From an uncultured Planctomycetia bacterium (GTDB lineage Bacteria > Planctomycetota > GCA-002687715 > CAYQRN01), in assembly GCA_964419995.1 (NCBI GenBank), contig CAYQRN010000001.1, forward strand, positions 1-57,358: DNA of 57,358 nt, written 5' to 3'. The notes beneath the pieces were generated by a model. That model ran no database searches. It saw only the letters and a list, made by a program, of their open reading frames with translations, and was not told the DNA's origin. The position numbers were made by a program, and so were the translations under genes. This document shows positions 8,923-19,200 of the stretch, in pieces (positions within the stretch are counted from its first letter, which is position 1; each line of letters begins with the position of its first letter).

Positions 8923-10388
8923 CCCGGTCCGCCACGACGCTGGCCGCACTGGGACGGGGCCGTGTCCTCGTCGTGGGCGATGTCATGCTGGACCGCTTCG
9001 TCGAAGGGGCAGTGACCCGGGTCTCGCCGGAGGCGCCGGTCCCGGTGCTGCGGGCGACCGGCGCCGAGGACCGCCCGGGAGGCGCCGCCAACGTCGCGGC
9101 GGGGCTCTGTGCCCTCGGCGTGCCGGCGAGGCTCGTGGGTCGGGTGGGGCGCGACGCGGAGGGCCGGATCCTCCGGCGGCTCGTGGCCGCGCTTCCGCGC
9201 GTCCGCGCGGCGCTCGTTCCCTCAGCGGTCGCGCCCACGACGCTGAAGACGCGCTTCATGGCGACCTGGCGCCAGGTGCTCCGCGTGGACCGGGAGGATG
9301 TGGCGCCCGCCCGCGGGTCCGACGAGGCGGCGCTGCTCCGGGCTGTACGCGCACTGGCGCGGGACGTGAACGTCATCGTGGTGCAGGACTACGGCAAGGG
9401 CCTCGTCACGCGGCGCGTGCTCGCGGCCGTGCGCGAGGCCGCGCGGAGAGCCTGTGTGCCCGTCCTCGTCGATCCGGCCCCCGGCCGTCCCATCGCCGAG
9501 TACGGCGGGGGGTTCCTGCTCCTGCCCAACCGGACGGAGGCGGCCCGGGCCCTCGGGGAAGCGGCTTTGGCCGATCCGGCGGGGGCCGTGCGCCGTCTGG
9601 CCGCCGCGGGCCGCTTCCGCCACGTCGCGTTGAAGCTCGGGAAAGACGGCATCTGCCTCGGGGGCGCCCGCGAGCGGGCGCGGCGGTATCGGAGCGCCGC
9701 GCAGGAGGTCTTCGACGTCACGGGAGCGGGGGACACCACGCTCGCCGTCGTGGCGGCCGCGCTGGCGGCGGGCGCCGGAGTCGACGACGCCGTGGCTCTC
9801 GGGGCCCTGGGCGGTGCCATCGCCGTGGGCAAGCCGGGGACCGCGGTCGTGACCCGGGCCGAACTCTCCCTGGCGGTGGCCGGGTCGGAAGACGGGGGGA
9901 CGGAGCGGAAGATCGTGGCGGCGGAGGCGCTCCCGGGGATCCTCGCCGCCGAGCGGCGCCGGGGACGCCGGATCGCGTTCACGAACGGCTGCTTCGATCT
10001 TCTCCATCCGGGGCACGTGGCGGCGCTCGAGGCGGCGCGGCGGTGCGCGGACGTGCTCGTCGTCGCCCTCAACTCCGATGCGTCGGTGCGGGCTCTCAAG
10101 GGACCCGGGCGGCCCGTCCTCGACTCCCGCGCCCGGGCGCGGCTCGTCGCGGCCCTCGAGGCCGTGAGCTGGGTCACCGTCTTCCGCGGAGCGACGCCGC
10201 TCCCGCTCATCCGCCGGCTGCGGCCGGACTGCCTCGTGAAGGGCGCGGAGTGGCGGGGGAGGGTGGCCGGGGCGGAGGACGTGCGATCCTCCGGAGGGGA
10301 GGTGGTCCTGACGCCGAGGATCCGCGGCCTCTCGACGACACGGATCCTCGAAGCTCTTTCGAGGATCGGGAATCGTCGTACGATCTGA
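8919..10388 (+). CDS. hldE: Bifunctional D-beta-D-heptose 7-phosphate kinase / D-beta-D-heptose 1-phosphate adenylyltransferase
   Basis: The start forms an ATGA overlap with the lpxK stop. The N-terminal PfkB kinase half has VLVVGDVMLDRF, SPEAPVPV and DVTGAGDT. The C-terminal cytidylyltransferase half has FTNGCFDLLHPGHV and ALNSDASV. Confidence 0.9.
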   Translation: MTRSATTLAALGRGRVLVVGDVMLDRFVEGAVTRVSPEAPVPVLRATGAEDRPGGAANVAAGLCALGVPARLVGRVGRDAEGRILRRLVAALPRVRAALVPSAVAPTTLKTRFMATWRQVLRVDREDVAPARGSDEAALLRAVRALARDVNVIVVQDYGKGLVTRRVLAAVREAARRACVPVLVDPAPGRPIAEYGGGFLLLPNRTEAARALGEAALADPAGAVRRLAAAGRFRHVALKLGKDGICLGGARERARRYRSAAQEVFDVTGAGDTTLAVVAAALAAGAGVDDAVALGALGGAIAVGKPGTAVVTRAELSLAVAGSEDGGTERKIVAAEALPGILAAERRRGRRIAFTNGCFDLLHPGHVAALEAARRCADVLVVALNSDASVRALKGPGRPVLDSRARARLVAALEAVSWVTVFRGATPLPLIRRLRPDCLVKGAEWRGRVAGAEDVRSSGGEVVLTPRIRGLSTTRILEALSRIGNRRTI

Positions 10389-10418
10389 AGGTCATGAGGG
10401 AATGACGCTTAGGTCCCG

Positions 10419-11498
10419 ATGCGGCGCGACCGGATCTGTTCCTGCGTCCCTGACGTCCCCGAGCGTCGCGTGCGGGACTCCGGTGTCCATGAGGCGACCG
10501 AAGTGACGCTGAAAGAGGCGCGGCTCTCCGAGCTTCTCCGCGGGTTCCGCGCGGCGAGGATCGCCGTCGTCGGCGACCTCATCGCGGACGTCTACACGAT
10601 GGCGACGCCTCTCCGGCTCTCGCGGGAGGCTCCGGTCCTCGTCGTCCGCTGGACCGGCGACCGCATCATCCCGGGCGGAGCCGCCAACGCCGTCATGAAT
10701 CTCCACGCGCTCGGCGCGACGGTGTTTCCCGTGGGCATCGTGGGCCGGGACCGCTTCGGCGAAGCGCTCCTCCGGGCCTTCCGCGAGAAAGGGATCGATA
10801 CGTCGTCCGTCGCGACCGACGACGGGCGAGCCACCGTACGCAAGACGAGACTCCTCGTCGGCGACGAGGACCGGACGAAACAGCAGATCCTCCGCATCGA
10901 CCGGGAGCCGGAGTCGGTGCCGTCCCCGGAGACCCTCGATCGCCTCGACGCGGCAATCCGCCGCATCGCGCCGGAGGTCGACGGCGTCATCTTCTCCGAC
11001 TACGGCTATGACGTGCTCACGGAGGAGCGCGTGCGGGCCGTCGCGTCGCTGTGCCGCGGCCGCATCCTGACGGCGGACTCGCGCCGGTTCCTCGACGCCT
11101 ACGCCGGCGTGAGCCTCGCGACGCCGAACCACATCGAGGCGGGGGAGATGGTGGGCCGTGTCCTCAGGACCGAGTCGGATCTCGACGCGGCGGGCTTCGC
11201 GCTGCTCGAACGGCTCGGGGCGCCGGGCATCCTCATCACGCGCGGAAACCGCGGCATGGTCCTCTACGAACGCGGCGGCCGGCGCGTCGAGATCCCCGCG
11301 TCGGGATCCGAGGAGGTCATCGACGTCACCGGCGCCGGCGACACCGTCATCAGCGTGGCGACGCTGGCGCTCGTGGCGGGCGCCTCGCTCGAGGAGGCCG
11401 CGCGGCTCAGCAATGGAGCCGCGGGCGTCGTCGTCATGAAGCCCGGCGCCGCGACCTGCTCGCCGGAGGAACTTCTCTCCGCGATCCGCAGGACTTGA
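10419..11498 (+). CDS. hldA: Stand-alone PfkB-family sugar kinase, RfaE domain-I-like (second heptose-7-P kinase candidate)
   Basis: Motifs are IAVVGDLIADVY, SREAPVLVV, GGAANAV and DVTGAGDTVISVATLAL. An alternative in-frame GTG start exists at 10503. Confidence 0.7.
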   Translation: MRRDRICSCVPDVPERRVRDSGVHEATEVTLKEARLSELLRGFRAARIAVVGDLIADVYTMATPLRLSREAPVLVVRWTGDRIIPGGAANAVMNLHALGATVFPVGIVGRDRFGEALLRAFREKGIDTSSVATDDGRATVRKTRLLVGDEDRTKQQILRIDREPESVPSPETLDRLDAAIRRIAPEVDGVIFSDYGYDVLTEERVRAVASLCRGRILTADSRRFLDAYAGVSLATPNHIEAGEMVGRVLRTESDLDAAGFALLERLGAPGILITRGNRGMVLYERGGRRVEIPASGSEEVIDVTGAGDTVISVATLALVAGASLEEAARLSNGAAGVVVMKPGAATCSPEELLSAIRRT

Positions 11499-11508
11499 AA
11501 GGGAAATC

Positions 11509-11988
11509 ATGGGACGGCTCATCGAGCTTCAGGAACTGGCGGAAATCGTTGCGGTTCTGAAGGCGCAGAAGAAGCGCGTCGTCTTCACGAACGGCGCCTA
11601 CGATCTCCTCCACGTGGGGCATGTCCGCGCGCTCAGGGACGCGAAGTCGCGGGGCGACATCCTCATCGTCGGTCTCAATTCCGACGCCTCCGTGAAGAAG
11701 TACAAGAACCCGAAGCTCCCCATCATCCCCGAACAGGAGCGGGCGGAGGTGCTCACGGCCCTGTCCGTCGTGGACTACGTCGTTCTCTTCGACGAACCGA
11801 CGGCGGACAACCTCCTGAAGGCGCTCCGCCCCGACGTCCATGCCAAGGGGACCGACTACACGCCGGAAACCGTGCCCGAGAGGAAGACCGTGAGCGGATA
11901 CGGCGGCGAGGTCGTCATCGTGGGCGACCGGAAGGCCCACGGCACGTCGAAGATCATCCAGAAGATCCGGCGCTTCAAGTCGCTCTGA
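11509..11988 (+). CDS. hldC: Stand-alone cytidylyltransferase-fold adenylyltransferase, RfaE domain-II-like
   Basis: Motifs are VVFTNGAYDLLHVGHVRAL (HxGH), IVGLNSDASVKK and PDVHAKGTDY. The 159-aa size matches a domain-II-only protein. Confidence 0.75.
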   Translation: MGRLIELQELAEIVAVLKAQKKRVVFTNGAYDLLHVGHVRALRDAKSRGDILIVGLNSDASVKKYKNPKLPIIPEQERAEVLTALSVVDYVVLFDEPTADNLLKALRPDVHAKGTDYTPETVPERKTVSGYGGEVVIVGDRKAHGTSKIIQKIRRFKSL

Positions 11989-11999
11989 CGTCGACCTGC

Positions 12000-13046
12000 G
12001 TGACCGACCCCCGCCGCATCCTGGTCCGCGCGCCCAACTGGGTCGGGGACATGGTCATGGCCACGCCGGCGCTGCGTGCCCTGAACCTCCGGTTCCCCGA
12101 TGCACGCATCGAGATCCTCGGGCGCGCGTACGTGAAGCCCGTCATCGACGGGTCGCCGCGGGTCGCGGCGTTCCACGCCATCGAGCCCGGGGACGATGGG
12201 GGCCTTGCCGGCACACGGCGCACCGGACGGAGCCTCCGGGGCCGGCACTTCGATCTTGCGGTCCTCCTCGCCAACTCGCTCACCGCGGCGCTCCAGTGCT
12301 TCTTCGCGCGCATCCCCCGGCGTCTCGGCTATGCCGGACAGGGCCGGCGCCTCTTCCTCACGACGGCCCTCCGGCAGCCGGGCGGCGGCCGGCTTCGTGA
12401 GCCCGTGCCCATGACGCGGTTCTACCTCGATCTGCTGCGGAGACTCGGCTGCGCCGGCGAGGACGAGTCGTACGAGATCTTCGTGACGGACGCCGAGCGG
12501 GAGGAGGCGGAGCGCGTGCTGCGTTCCCTCGGGGTTGCGGGAGGGGAGCGCATCGTCGCTCTCTGCCCCGGAGCGCGGTACGGAGCAAGCAAGCTCTGGC
12601 CCGCGGACCGCTTCGCCGCCGCGGGCAGTGCCCTGGCGGCGCGGCTTGGCCGGAGGGTGCTCGTCCTCGCGGGTCCTGGGGAGGAGGGGCTCGTGCGCGA
12701 CATCGTCGCCCTCATGGGCAAGGAGGCCATCGACGGGTCGACATCTCCCGCGGGTCTCGGCGCCCTCAAGGCGATTCTCGGGGGGATCGACCTCCTCGTC
12801 ACCACCGACTCCGGTCCGCGGCACGTCGCCGCGGCCCTCGGCCGGCCCGTCGTCGTCGTCATGGGACCCACCCACCCGGGCTGGACCGCGACGAACCTCG
12901 CGCGGACGCGCGTCGTTCGCGTGGACGTCCCCTGCGGGCCTTGCCACCTCCGGACCTGTCCGACGGACCATGCGTGCATGACGCGGATCGAGCCCTCGCG
13001 AGTCGTGGCCGAAGCCCTCGATCTTCTCGCCGGAACCTCGGTGTGA
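12000..13046 (+). CDS. waaF: Glycosyltransferase family 9, ADP-heptose:LPS heptosyltransferase (WaaF-like)
   Basis: The N-terminus ILVRAPNWVGDMVMATPALRAL closely matches the WaaF-type start motif. The C-terminal half has TTDSGPRHVAAALGRPVVVVMGPT. Confidence 0.75.
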   Translation: MTDPRRILVRAPNWVGDMVMATPALRALNLRFPDARIEILGRAYVKPVIDGSPRVAAFHAIEPGDDGGLAGTRRTGRSLRGRHFDLAVLLANSLTAALQCFFARIPRRLGYAGQGRRLFLTTALRQPGGGRLREPVPMTRFYLDLLRRLGCAGEDESYEIFVTDAEREEAERVLRSLGVAGGERIVALCPGARYGASKLWPADRFAAAGSALAARLGRRVLVLAGPGEEGLVRDIVALMGKEAIDGSTSPAGLGALKAILGGIDLLVTTDSGPRHVAAALGRPVVVVMGPTHPGWTATNLARTRVVRVDVPCGPCHLRTCPTDHACMTRIEPSRVVAEALDLLAGTSV

Positions 13047-13111
13047 CCTCCTGTCCTTCGGGCGGTTATGACGCGTTCTCCCGTGCGATGAGCGAAAACG
13101 CTCCGGGATGT

Positions 13112-13139
13112 TTGGAATCGCTCGTCCTGTCGCTATGAT
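13112..13139 (+). promoter_or_regulatory. Candidate sigma-70 promoter for the FHA-GAF sigma-54 activator gene
   Basis: TTGGAA (13112-13117), a 16-nt spacer, then TATGAT (13134-13139). These AT-rich hexamers stand out in a very GC-rich intergenic region about 70 nt upstream of the GTG at 13209. An AAGGAG RBS lies at about 13196. Confidence 0.4.
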
Positions 13140-13208
13140 GGGACGCGGGTCGCCTCCCCTGCCGTTCGACCCGGAACCCCGCCTCCGGCGGGCGCAAGGA
13201 GTCAGGAA

Positions 13209-15143
13209 GTGCGGCTTCAACTGGCGGGGCGCCACGACGCGCGGACGGTGATCCTGCAGGAGCCCGTCGTCACACTCGGGCGGGGTCCGGACAACACGGT
13301 GGTCCTCCGGGATCCGAGATCCTCCCGCCAGCACTGCCGCATCGAAGCCTCCGACGGCCGCCTCGTCCTCTCAGATGTCGGCAGCCAGAACGGAACGTTC
13401 CTGAACGGGCAGCGCGTCCGGCGCGCGCCCCTCGCACCCGGCGACGTCATCCAGATCGGCGGGACGCGTATCGTCGTGGAACCTCCGTCCGAACCGGCCC
13501 GGAGCCTCACGGAGACGATGCCGGGCATCGACACGGGATCCGCCGGAGATCCCGTCGCCGACTCGGGAGGATCGACCGGGCTCCTGCGCGTGGCCGAGAT
13601 CGCGCGTCAGCTCAACTCCGAGGTGGCGACGGAGGCGGTGCTCGACGGCATCATGGATGCCGCCATCGAGCTCACGGGCGCGGAGCGCGGCTTCCTGATC
13701 CTCGCCGAGAAGGAGAGCATGGCCTTCCGGGCCGCCCGCAACTTCGCGCGGGAATCCGTCCCCGAGCCCGAGTTCGCCGTGTCCTGGTCCATCGCCATTC
13801 GCGTGGGCACGACGGGGCAGCCGGTCCTTGCCATCAACGCCGGAGAGGAGGACGGCCTCCGGGGCATCGAGAGCGTCGAGAACCTCGCGCTCCGCTCCAT
13901 CATGTGCGTTCCGTTCACGCTCAAGAACCGCATCCTCGGCGTGGTCTACGTGGACGACCGCCGCCGGAACGGTGCGTTCTCGAGACATCAGCTCCGGATC
14001 CTCGAGGCCCTCGCGGACCACGCCGCCGTGGCCCTCGAGAACCGGCGCCTCCTCGAGGAGACGCGCGAGAGAGCGCGGGAGGTCGAGGATCTCAACCGGA
14101 AGCTCTCGGAGCGGGTCCGCGCCCGGGAGGAGGAACTCGTCCGCGTCCGCGAGGAGATCCGCCGCGAGGCGCCGTCGTCCGGGGGCCTGCCCGGGGTCGC
14201 CGGCGAGAGCCAGGTCCTGAGGGACATCGCCGCCCTCGTGCGCAAGATCGCCGACACGGACCTCCCGGTGCTGATCACGGGCGAGTCGGGCACGGGCAAG
14301 GAGCTCGTCGCCCGCGCGATCCACCGGCTCGGTTCGAGGCGCCGGGCCGCCTTCGTGGGCGAGAACTGCGCGGCGCTGCCGGAGACGCTCCTCGAGAGCG
14401 AGCTTTTCGGGTACCGGAAGGGCGCCTTCACGGGGGCCGACCGGGACCGCAAGGGGCTCTTCGAGGTCGCCAGTGGCGGGACGCTCTTCCTCGACGAGGT
14501 GGGGGAGATGAGTCCGACGATGCAGACGAAGCTCCTGCGCGTCCTTCAGGAGAACGAGGTGCGCCCCCTCGGGGCGAAGGAGGCGGTGCCCCTCCGCGTC
14601 CGGCTCATCGCGTCCACGAACCGGGATCTCCGCCGTGAGATCGCCGAGGGGCGATTCCGCGAGGACCTCTACTACCGCCTGAAGGTCGTCCCCATCGTCG
14701 TCCCGCCTCTCCGGGAACGTCGTGGCGACGTCCAGCTCCTCGTGGAGCACTTCCTCGCTGAAGCGGCCCGCCGGGACGGACGCGAACGGCGGCGGCTTGC
14801 CCCGGACGTCCTCGAGGTCTTCGCGAGCTACCGCTGGCCCGGAAACGTGCGGGAGCTCGAGAACGAGATCCGCCGGATGTCGGCCCTGGCCGAGGACACC
14901 GTGATCGGGAAGGACCTCCTGTCTCCCCACATCGTCGAGCAGGCCGAGCTCCTCGGCGGCGACGAGTCGGGCTTCCACGATCTCAACACGTTCGTGGAGG
15001 CCATCGAGACCCGCGAGATCCGCAAGGCGCTCCGGAAGAGCGCGGGCAACAAGACCCGCGCGGCCGAGCTTCTCGGCATCACGCGGTTCACGCTCCAGCG
15101 GAAGATCGACAAGTACGGCCTCGAGGAGGCGGCCCGGTCATGA
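13209..15143 (+). CDS. Sigma-54-dependent transcriptional activator with N-terminal FHA and GAF domains
   Basis: FHA motifs are LGRGPDNTVVL, SSRQHCRI and SQNGTFLNG. The GAF region includes FLILAEK and VVYVDD. The AAA+ core has GESGTGKELVARAIH, GAFTGA and RFREDLYYRL. The C-terminal Fis-type HTH is AAELLGITRFTLQRKI. Confidence 0.9.
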   Translation: MRLQLAGRHDARTVILQEPVVTLGRGPDNTVVLRDPRSSRQHCRIEASDGRLVLSDVGSQNGTFLNGQRVRRAPLAPGDVIQIGGTRIVVEPPSEPARSLTETMPGIDTGSAGDPVADSGGSTGLLRVAEIARQLNSEVATEAVLDGIMDAAIELTGAERGFLILAEKESMAFRAARNFARESVPEPEFAVSWSIAIRVGTTGQPVLAINAGEEDGLRGIESVENLALRSIMCVPFTLKNRILGVVYVDDRRRNGAFSRHQLRILEALADHAAVALENRRLLEETRERAREVEDLNRKLSERVRAREEELVRVREEIRREAPSSGGLPGVAGESQVLRDIAALVRKIADTDLPVLITGESGTGKELVARAIHRLGSRRRAAFVGENCAALPETLLESELFGYRKGAFTGADRDRKGLFEVASGGTLFLDEVGEMSPTMQTKLLRVLQENEVRPLGAKEAVPLRVRLIASTNRDLRREIAEGRFREDLYYRLKVVPIVVPPLRERRGDVQLLVEHFLAEAARRDGRERRRLAPDVLEVFASYRWPGNVRELENEIRRMSALAEDTVIGKDLLSPHIVEQAELLGGDESGFHDLNTFVEAIETREIRKALRKSAGNKTRAAELLGITRFTLQRKIDKYGLEEAARS

Positions 15144-15276
15144 CGGCCGGCATGATCCGCGCGCTTCGCGGCGGCCCGGCGCGGCTGCGAGGCACTCCGA
15201 TCCGCAGGCGCAGTCCGGGCGGCTCGCGCCGCTCCCGCATGGCGCCCCGACCCGCGGGGCGCCGGAAGGATGGTTC

Positions 15277-16257
15277 ATGAGGCATCGCATCCGCCCGCTC
15301 TCCGTCCTCGCCCTGCTCCTCTTCCCCGGCGTCGCGCGGGCGCAGGATCCGGCCGCCGCCGAGACCGAGGAGATCGCGAAGTTCACGGGTGCGCGCCTCA
15401 TCTTCCTCGAGAGCGCCAACTTCACCTTCGCGACGGCGGTGCCGCGTTCGGAGATGCGCCCCATCATCCAGACGGCGGAGGACGCCTTCGCCCGCTTCGC
15501 GAAGGCGGCCCGCATCACGGGCTTCCGGGACCTCTTCGGCGAGCAGCGCTGCATGGTCGTGATCCTCGGGAACCGGACGCAGTACCGGAAGTACGCCGAG
15601 TGGTACGAGACTCGCTACTCCCGCGAGGCGGGCTTCCGCGCCGTGGCCGACGGCGCGCGATTCTTCCCCGTGGACACGCCGCGCCCGGCGCTCGTCATGC
15701 ATCTCAAGCCCGCCGACGCCGGGAAGCTCCAGAGCGTCGTCTGCCACGAGGTCGGACACGTTGCGGTCATGCGCCTCGCGTTCAACAACAACTTCTCGCC
15801 GCCCTGGCTCTGCGAGGGCTACGGTGCTTGGCTCGAGTCCCGCGTTCTCTCGAAGAACGACTGCTACTGCATCAGCGGCGGCTACGAGAGCCAGGGCGGG
15901 TCCAAGGAGGATCCCCTCGCGGAGATCCGGTTCGAGAAGTTCCGCGAGCGGCTCCAGAAGGCGCTCCGGAGCGGCAACCTGCGCCGGCTGAACGCCATCT
16001 GGCGCCTCAACCTCTCCGAGATGGAGCCGGGCGACCTCCTCAAGGCCTGGGCCGTCATCGACCTCATGCACGCCCAGGGGGAGGGCAAGTTCGCCGACTT
16101 CATTCGGGCGCTCAAGGCCCGGTGGCCCCGGGAGATCCGCTACGAGTGGGTCGAGGGGAAGGGCACGGCCCAGGAGGAGGCGCTGAAGGAGGTGTTCGGC
16201 TGGACGGTGGACCAGCTCGAGGAGGAGCTCCGGAAGCATGTGCCCCGGATCTCCTGA
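15277..16257 (+). CDS. Secreted HExxH protein, DUF1570-like putative zinc peptidase
   Basis: The signal peptide is LSVLALLLFPGVARAQD. The motif VVCHEVGHV is followed by PPWLCEGYGAWLE, the pattern I associate with the DUF1570 family. An RBS GGAAGGA lies upstream of the ATG. Confidence 0.6.
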   Translation: MRHRIRPLSVLALLLFPGVARAQDPAAAETEEIAKFTGARLIFLESANFTFATAVPRSEMRPIIQTAEDAFARFAKAARITGFRDLFGEQRCMVVILGNRTQYRKYAEWYETRYSREAGFRAVADGARFFPVDTPRPALVMHLKPADAGKLQSVVCHEVGHVAVMRLAFNNNFSPPWLCEGYGAWLESRVLSKNDCYCISGGYESQGGSKEDPLAEIRFEKFRERLQKALRSGNLRRLNAIWRLNLSEMEPGDLLKAWAVIDLMHAQGEGKFADFIRALKARWPREIRYEWVEGKGTAQEEALKEVFGWTVDQLEEELRKHVPRIS

Positions 16258-16290
16258 AGCCGGGCGCCATCCCGCCTCCGGCATGACGCC

Positions 16291-19200
16291 GTGAACGAAC
16301 TTCCCGATCCCTCCCTGTTCCCGGTCCTGCCGGGGTACGAGATCGAGGAGGAGATCGGCCGCGGCGCCATGAGCGTCGTGTACCGCGCGCGGCAGACGGC
16401 GCTGGACCGTCCCGTGGCGATCAAGGTCCTGAAGGGGGATGGCGACCGCGACGTGAGCCGCGTCCTGCGCCTTCTCCGCGAGGCCCGGACCGCCGGACGC
16501 CTCAACCACCCCGGCATCGTGAGGGGCATCGATGCGGGTACGGCGGGGGGACTCTGCTACTTCGTCATGGAGTACGTCGAGGGGCGTTCCCTCCGGGAGA
16601 TCCTCGACACGGGCGGAGCCCTCGAAGCCCGCGAGGCGGCGCGCATCGCCCGCGACATCGCCGCGGCCCTCGCCGAGGTGCACAGGCGGGGCATCGTCCA
16701 TCGCGACGTGAAGCCCGCCAACATCCTCATCGACGCCGGCGGGCGCGCGAAGCTCCTCGACCTCGGTCTCGCGAAGCACACGATGGACAGTACGCTCACC
16801 GTGGCGGGCCAGACCGTGGGGACACCCCAGTACATGGCGCCGGAGCAGGCCATGCACCCCGACCGCGTGGACCGCCGCGCGGACATCTTCTCGCTCGGCG
16901 CCACGCTCTATCACATGGTGACCGGCCGGTCTCCGTTCGAAGCGCCTTCCGTGGGAGCTGTCGTGACGCGCCTCCTCTACGACGACCCCGCGCCGGCCTC
17001 GTCCCTCGTCCGCGGGCTCCCGCCGGCCCTCGACCGGATCCTCGCGCGTGCCCTCGCGAAGTCGCCTGCGGAACGCTATCGCGCCGCCTCGCATCTCGTC
17101 CTCGATCTCGACGCGTTCCTCGACGGCCGCCCCGTGGCCGCCGGCCCGGGCCGGACCCGTCGCCCCCGGGTCGCGGCGGCGCTCGCTCTCGCGGGGACGG
17201 CGGCCGCGATCCTCTTCGCGACCCGCCCCGGAGATCGGGGCGGCGGCCCGGTTTCCGCGGAAGGAACCGCGTCCGCTCCGGCGCGCGGCGCCGGAGCGCC
17301 GATGTCCCTCGAGGCGGCCCTGGCCGTGCTCCGCGGGACGGAGGCCGCGGCGGATCCGGAGGGGCCCGCCGGCGCCTGCACCGGCGTCGTGCGCGCCGCC
17401 CTGGATGCGTGGGCGGGGGCGGAGGAGGCCGGGATCCGCGGGCTCCTCGAAGCCGGCGACGTCGTGGCGGCCGCCGAGCGCTGCGGCGAGGCTCTGGCCG
17501 GGTCTTTCACGGCCCGGTTCGGGGCGGCGCCGGCGCTGTTTCCCGAACCGTTGCGGGCGGAGGCGGAGGAAGCGTTCCGCAGCGTGGAGAACCGGGCGCA
17601 GGCCGAGGTCGCGAAGGTCGAGACACGGATGGCGGATGCCCTGGCGGCGGCCCTGGCCTCGGAGGTCGAACGTCTCCTTGCCGAGAACCGGTACATCGAC
17701 CGAGCCACGGCCGAGGCGCGGCTCGGAGTCGTGCTGACGGCCCGGCCCGGGCCGCTCCGGCCGCCGGCGGAGAGCGGTACGGTCCTGTTCTTCGCCCGGA
17801 GCGTCGAAGCCGTCCTCACGGGCAACGAAGACCGTTTCCGAAGAGCCCGCGCCGAGGCGGGCCGCCTGGCGGAGGGGCGGCGCTACGAGGCCGCCGTGCG
17901 GCGCCTCGCCCGGGAGGTCGGTGAGGCGGGAGCGGGGCGCGTCCTTCCCCACGCCGTGACGGATCTCGCCGATCTCACGGGACGGTGGCGCGAGGAGGGG
18001 CGGAGCTTCGCCGAGAGCCGGCGGAGGGATCTCGAGGATCTGGTGCGGTCGCGACATGGGGAGCTCGCCCGACGGGAGTTCGAACCGCTCCTCGGGGCGG
18101 TGGAGGACCTGGCTTCGTCCATTCCGGACGACGGCGATGAGCGCGTCTGGGCGGGGCCCGTGCGTGATCTGGCCCTCGCTCTCGCGGCGACGCTCCGCGG
18201 AGCAGCGGCTCTTCCGGATCGGGCTCTCCGGCGCCTCGAAGCGGGGCGCGGGGCCGGCGGTCGCGTCACCGTGACCCTCGCCGGTCGCGCCCCCGCCTCC
18301 GGGCGCATCGCCGCCATCGACCGGACAGCGGGGACGTTCCTCCTCGAGGAGGATGGCCGGCCCGGGGTGCGCCTCCGGCCGTCGGACCTGACGCCGGAGA
18401 GCCTGGCGGCCCTGGCCGAGGAGGCTTCGGGTCCCGTCGACCCCCGGATCATCGCCTGGATGCACTGGGGCGATGACCTCGACCCCGCCCGGGCCAGAGC
18501 CGCGGCGGAGGCGTTGCCGGGACAACCGTTCCGTGACTTCCTGCTGAGACTCCTCTCCGGGGCGGGGGATCGCCCGGCGGCCGCCGCGGAAGGCGCGGCG
18601 GCCGTCGAGGTCCGGGCGGCGCATCAGGTGGGCCACGTGCGCGCGCGTTTCCTGCGGGGCGACTGGAGCGGCGTCCTCAGCAGCGCGCGGATTCTCATGA
18701 AGGGCGGCGAGTGGTCGGGCACGAAGGCCGCCGTCGAGGCGGGACCGGATCTCCGCCGCTGGAGCGAGGAATCCGAATTCGGCCTGCGCGTCGATGCCCT
18801 GCAGGCGACCATCGGCGGGCGCGTGAGCCGCGCCGCGGAGAGCCGGACCGTGAACGTCGTCTGGACGTTCGAGGATCCGCGGGAGGCGGCGGACTTCACC
18901 CTCTCGGCGCACGTCCAGGGCGGCCCCGGCCGCCTGGTCTTCCGTGCCGCACGGCCGCCGGTCCTCGAGCATCCGGATCGGTTCCCGTCGGCGGACGTCC
19001 GGCTCCCCCTCGAGGCCGGACCGGAGCCCCTCAGCATCGACGTGGACGTCCGCTTCGCGGAGGGGCCCGGCGCGGACCCCCGGTTCTTCTCCATCTCAGT
19101 CGGACCCATCAACGTGGGCTTCCTCGGCGTCCTCGGCCGAGTCGATCCCCGCCGCCGCCTGCACGGTCTCGAACGGGATGTCCGGATCCTCACGCCGCTC

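Noticed and set aside
15190-15206. A possible sigma-54 -24/-12 promoter (aGGCACtccgatcCGCa) upstream of the DUF1570-like gene. I also checked other TGGCAC strings at about 20455, 39285 and 40849, and minus-strand ones at about 27402, 50594, 51225 and 55852.
   Set aside because: At 15190 the GG-to-GC spacing is one nucleotide too long and the -12 element is CGC rather than TTGC. The other TGGCAC occurrences lie inside coding regions and lack any TTGC/TGC element at the right distance.
15088-18972. Very long listed ORFs antisense to or overlapping well-supported genes. Examples are 15088..18972 (1294 aa), 1784..3559, 13371..14978, 19914..22346, 19927..21903, 22767..25763, 28270..30378, 31746..34055, 33956..36082, 35622..37586, 43662..44927, 45916..47550, 51565..54042, 53984..56560, 54024..56597 and 55627..57258.
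   Set aside because: Their translations are monotonous Arg/Pro/Gly/Ala-rich strings with no family motifs. They lie opposite or out of frame to ORFs carrying unmistakable catalytic motifs. Stop-codon-poor shadow frames of this kind are expected at this GC content.
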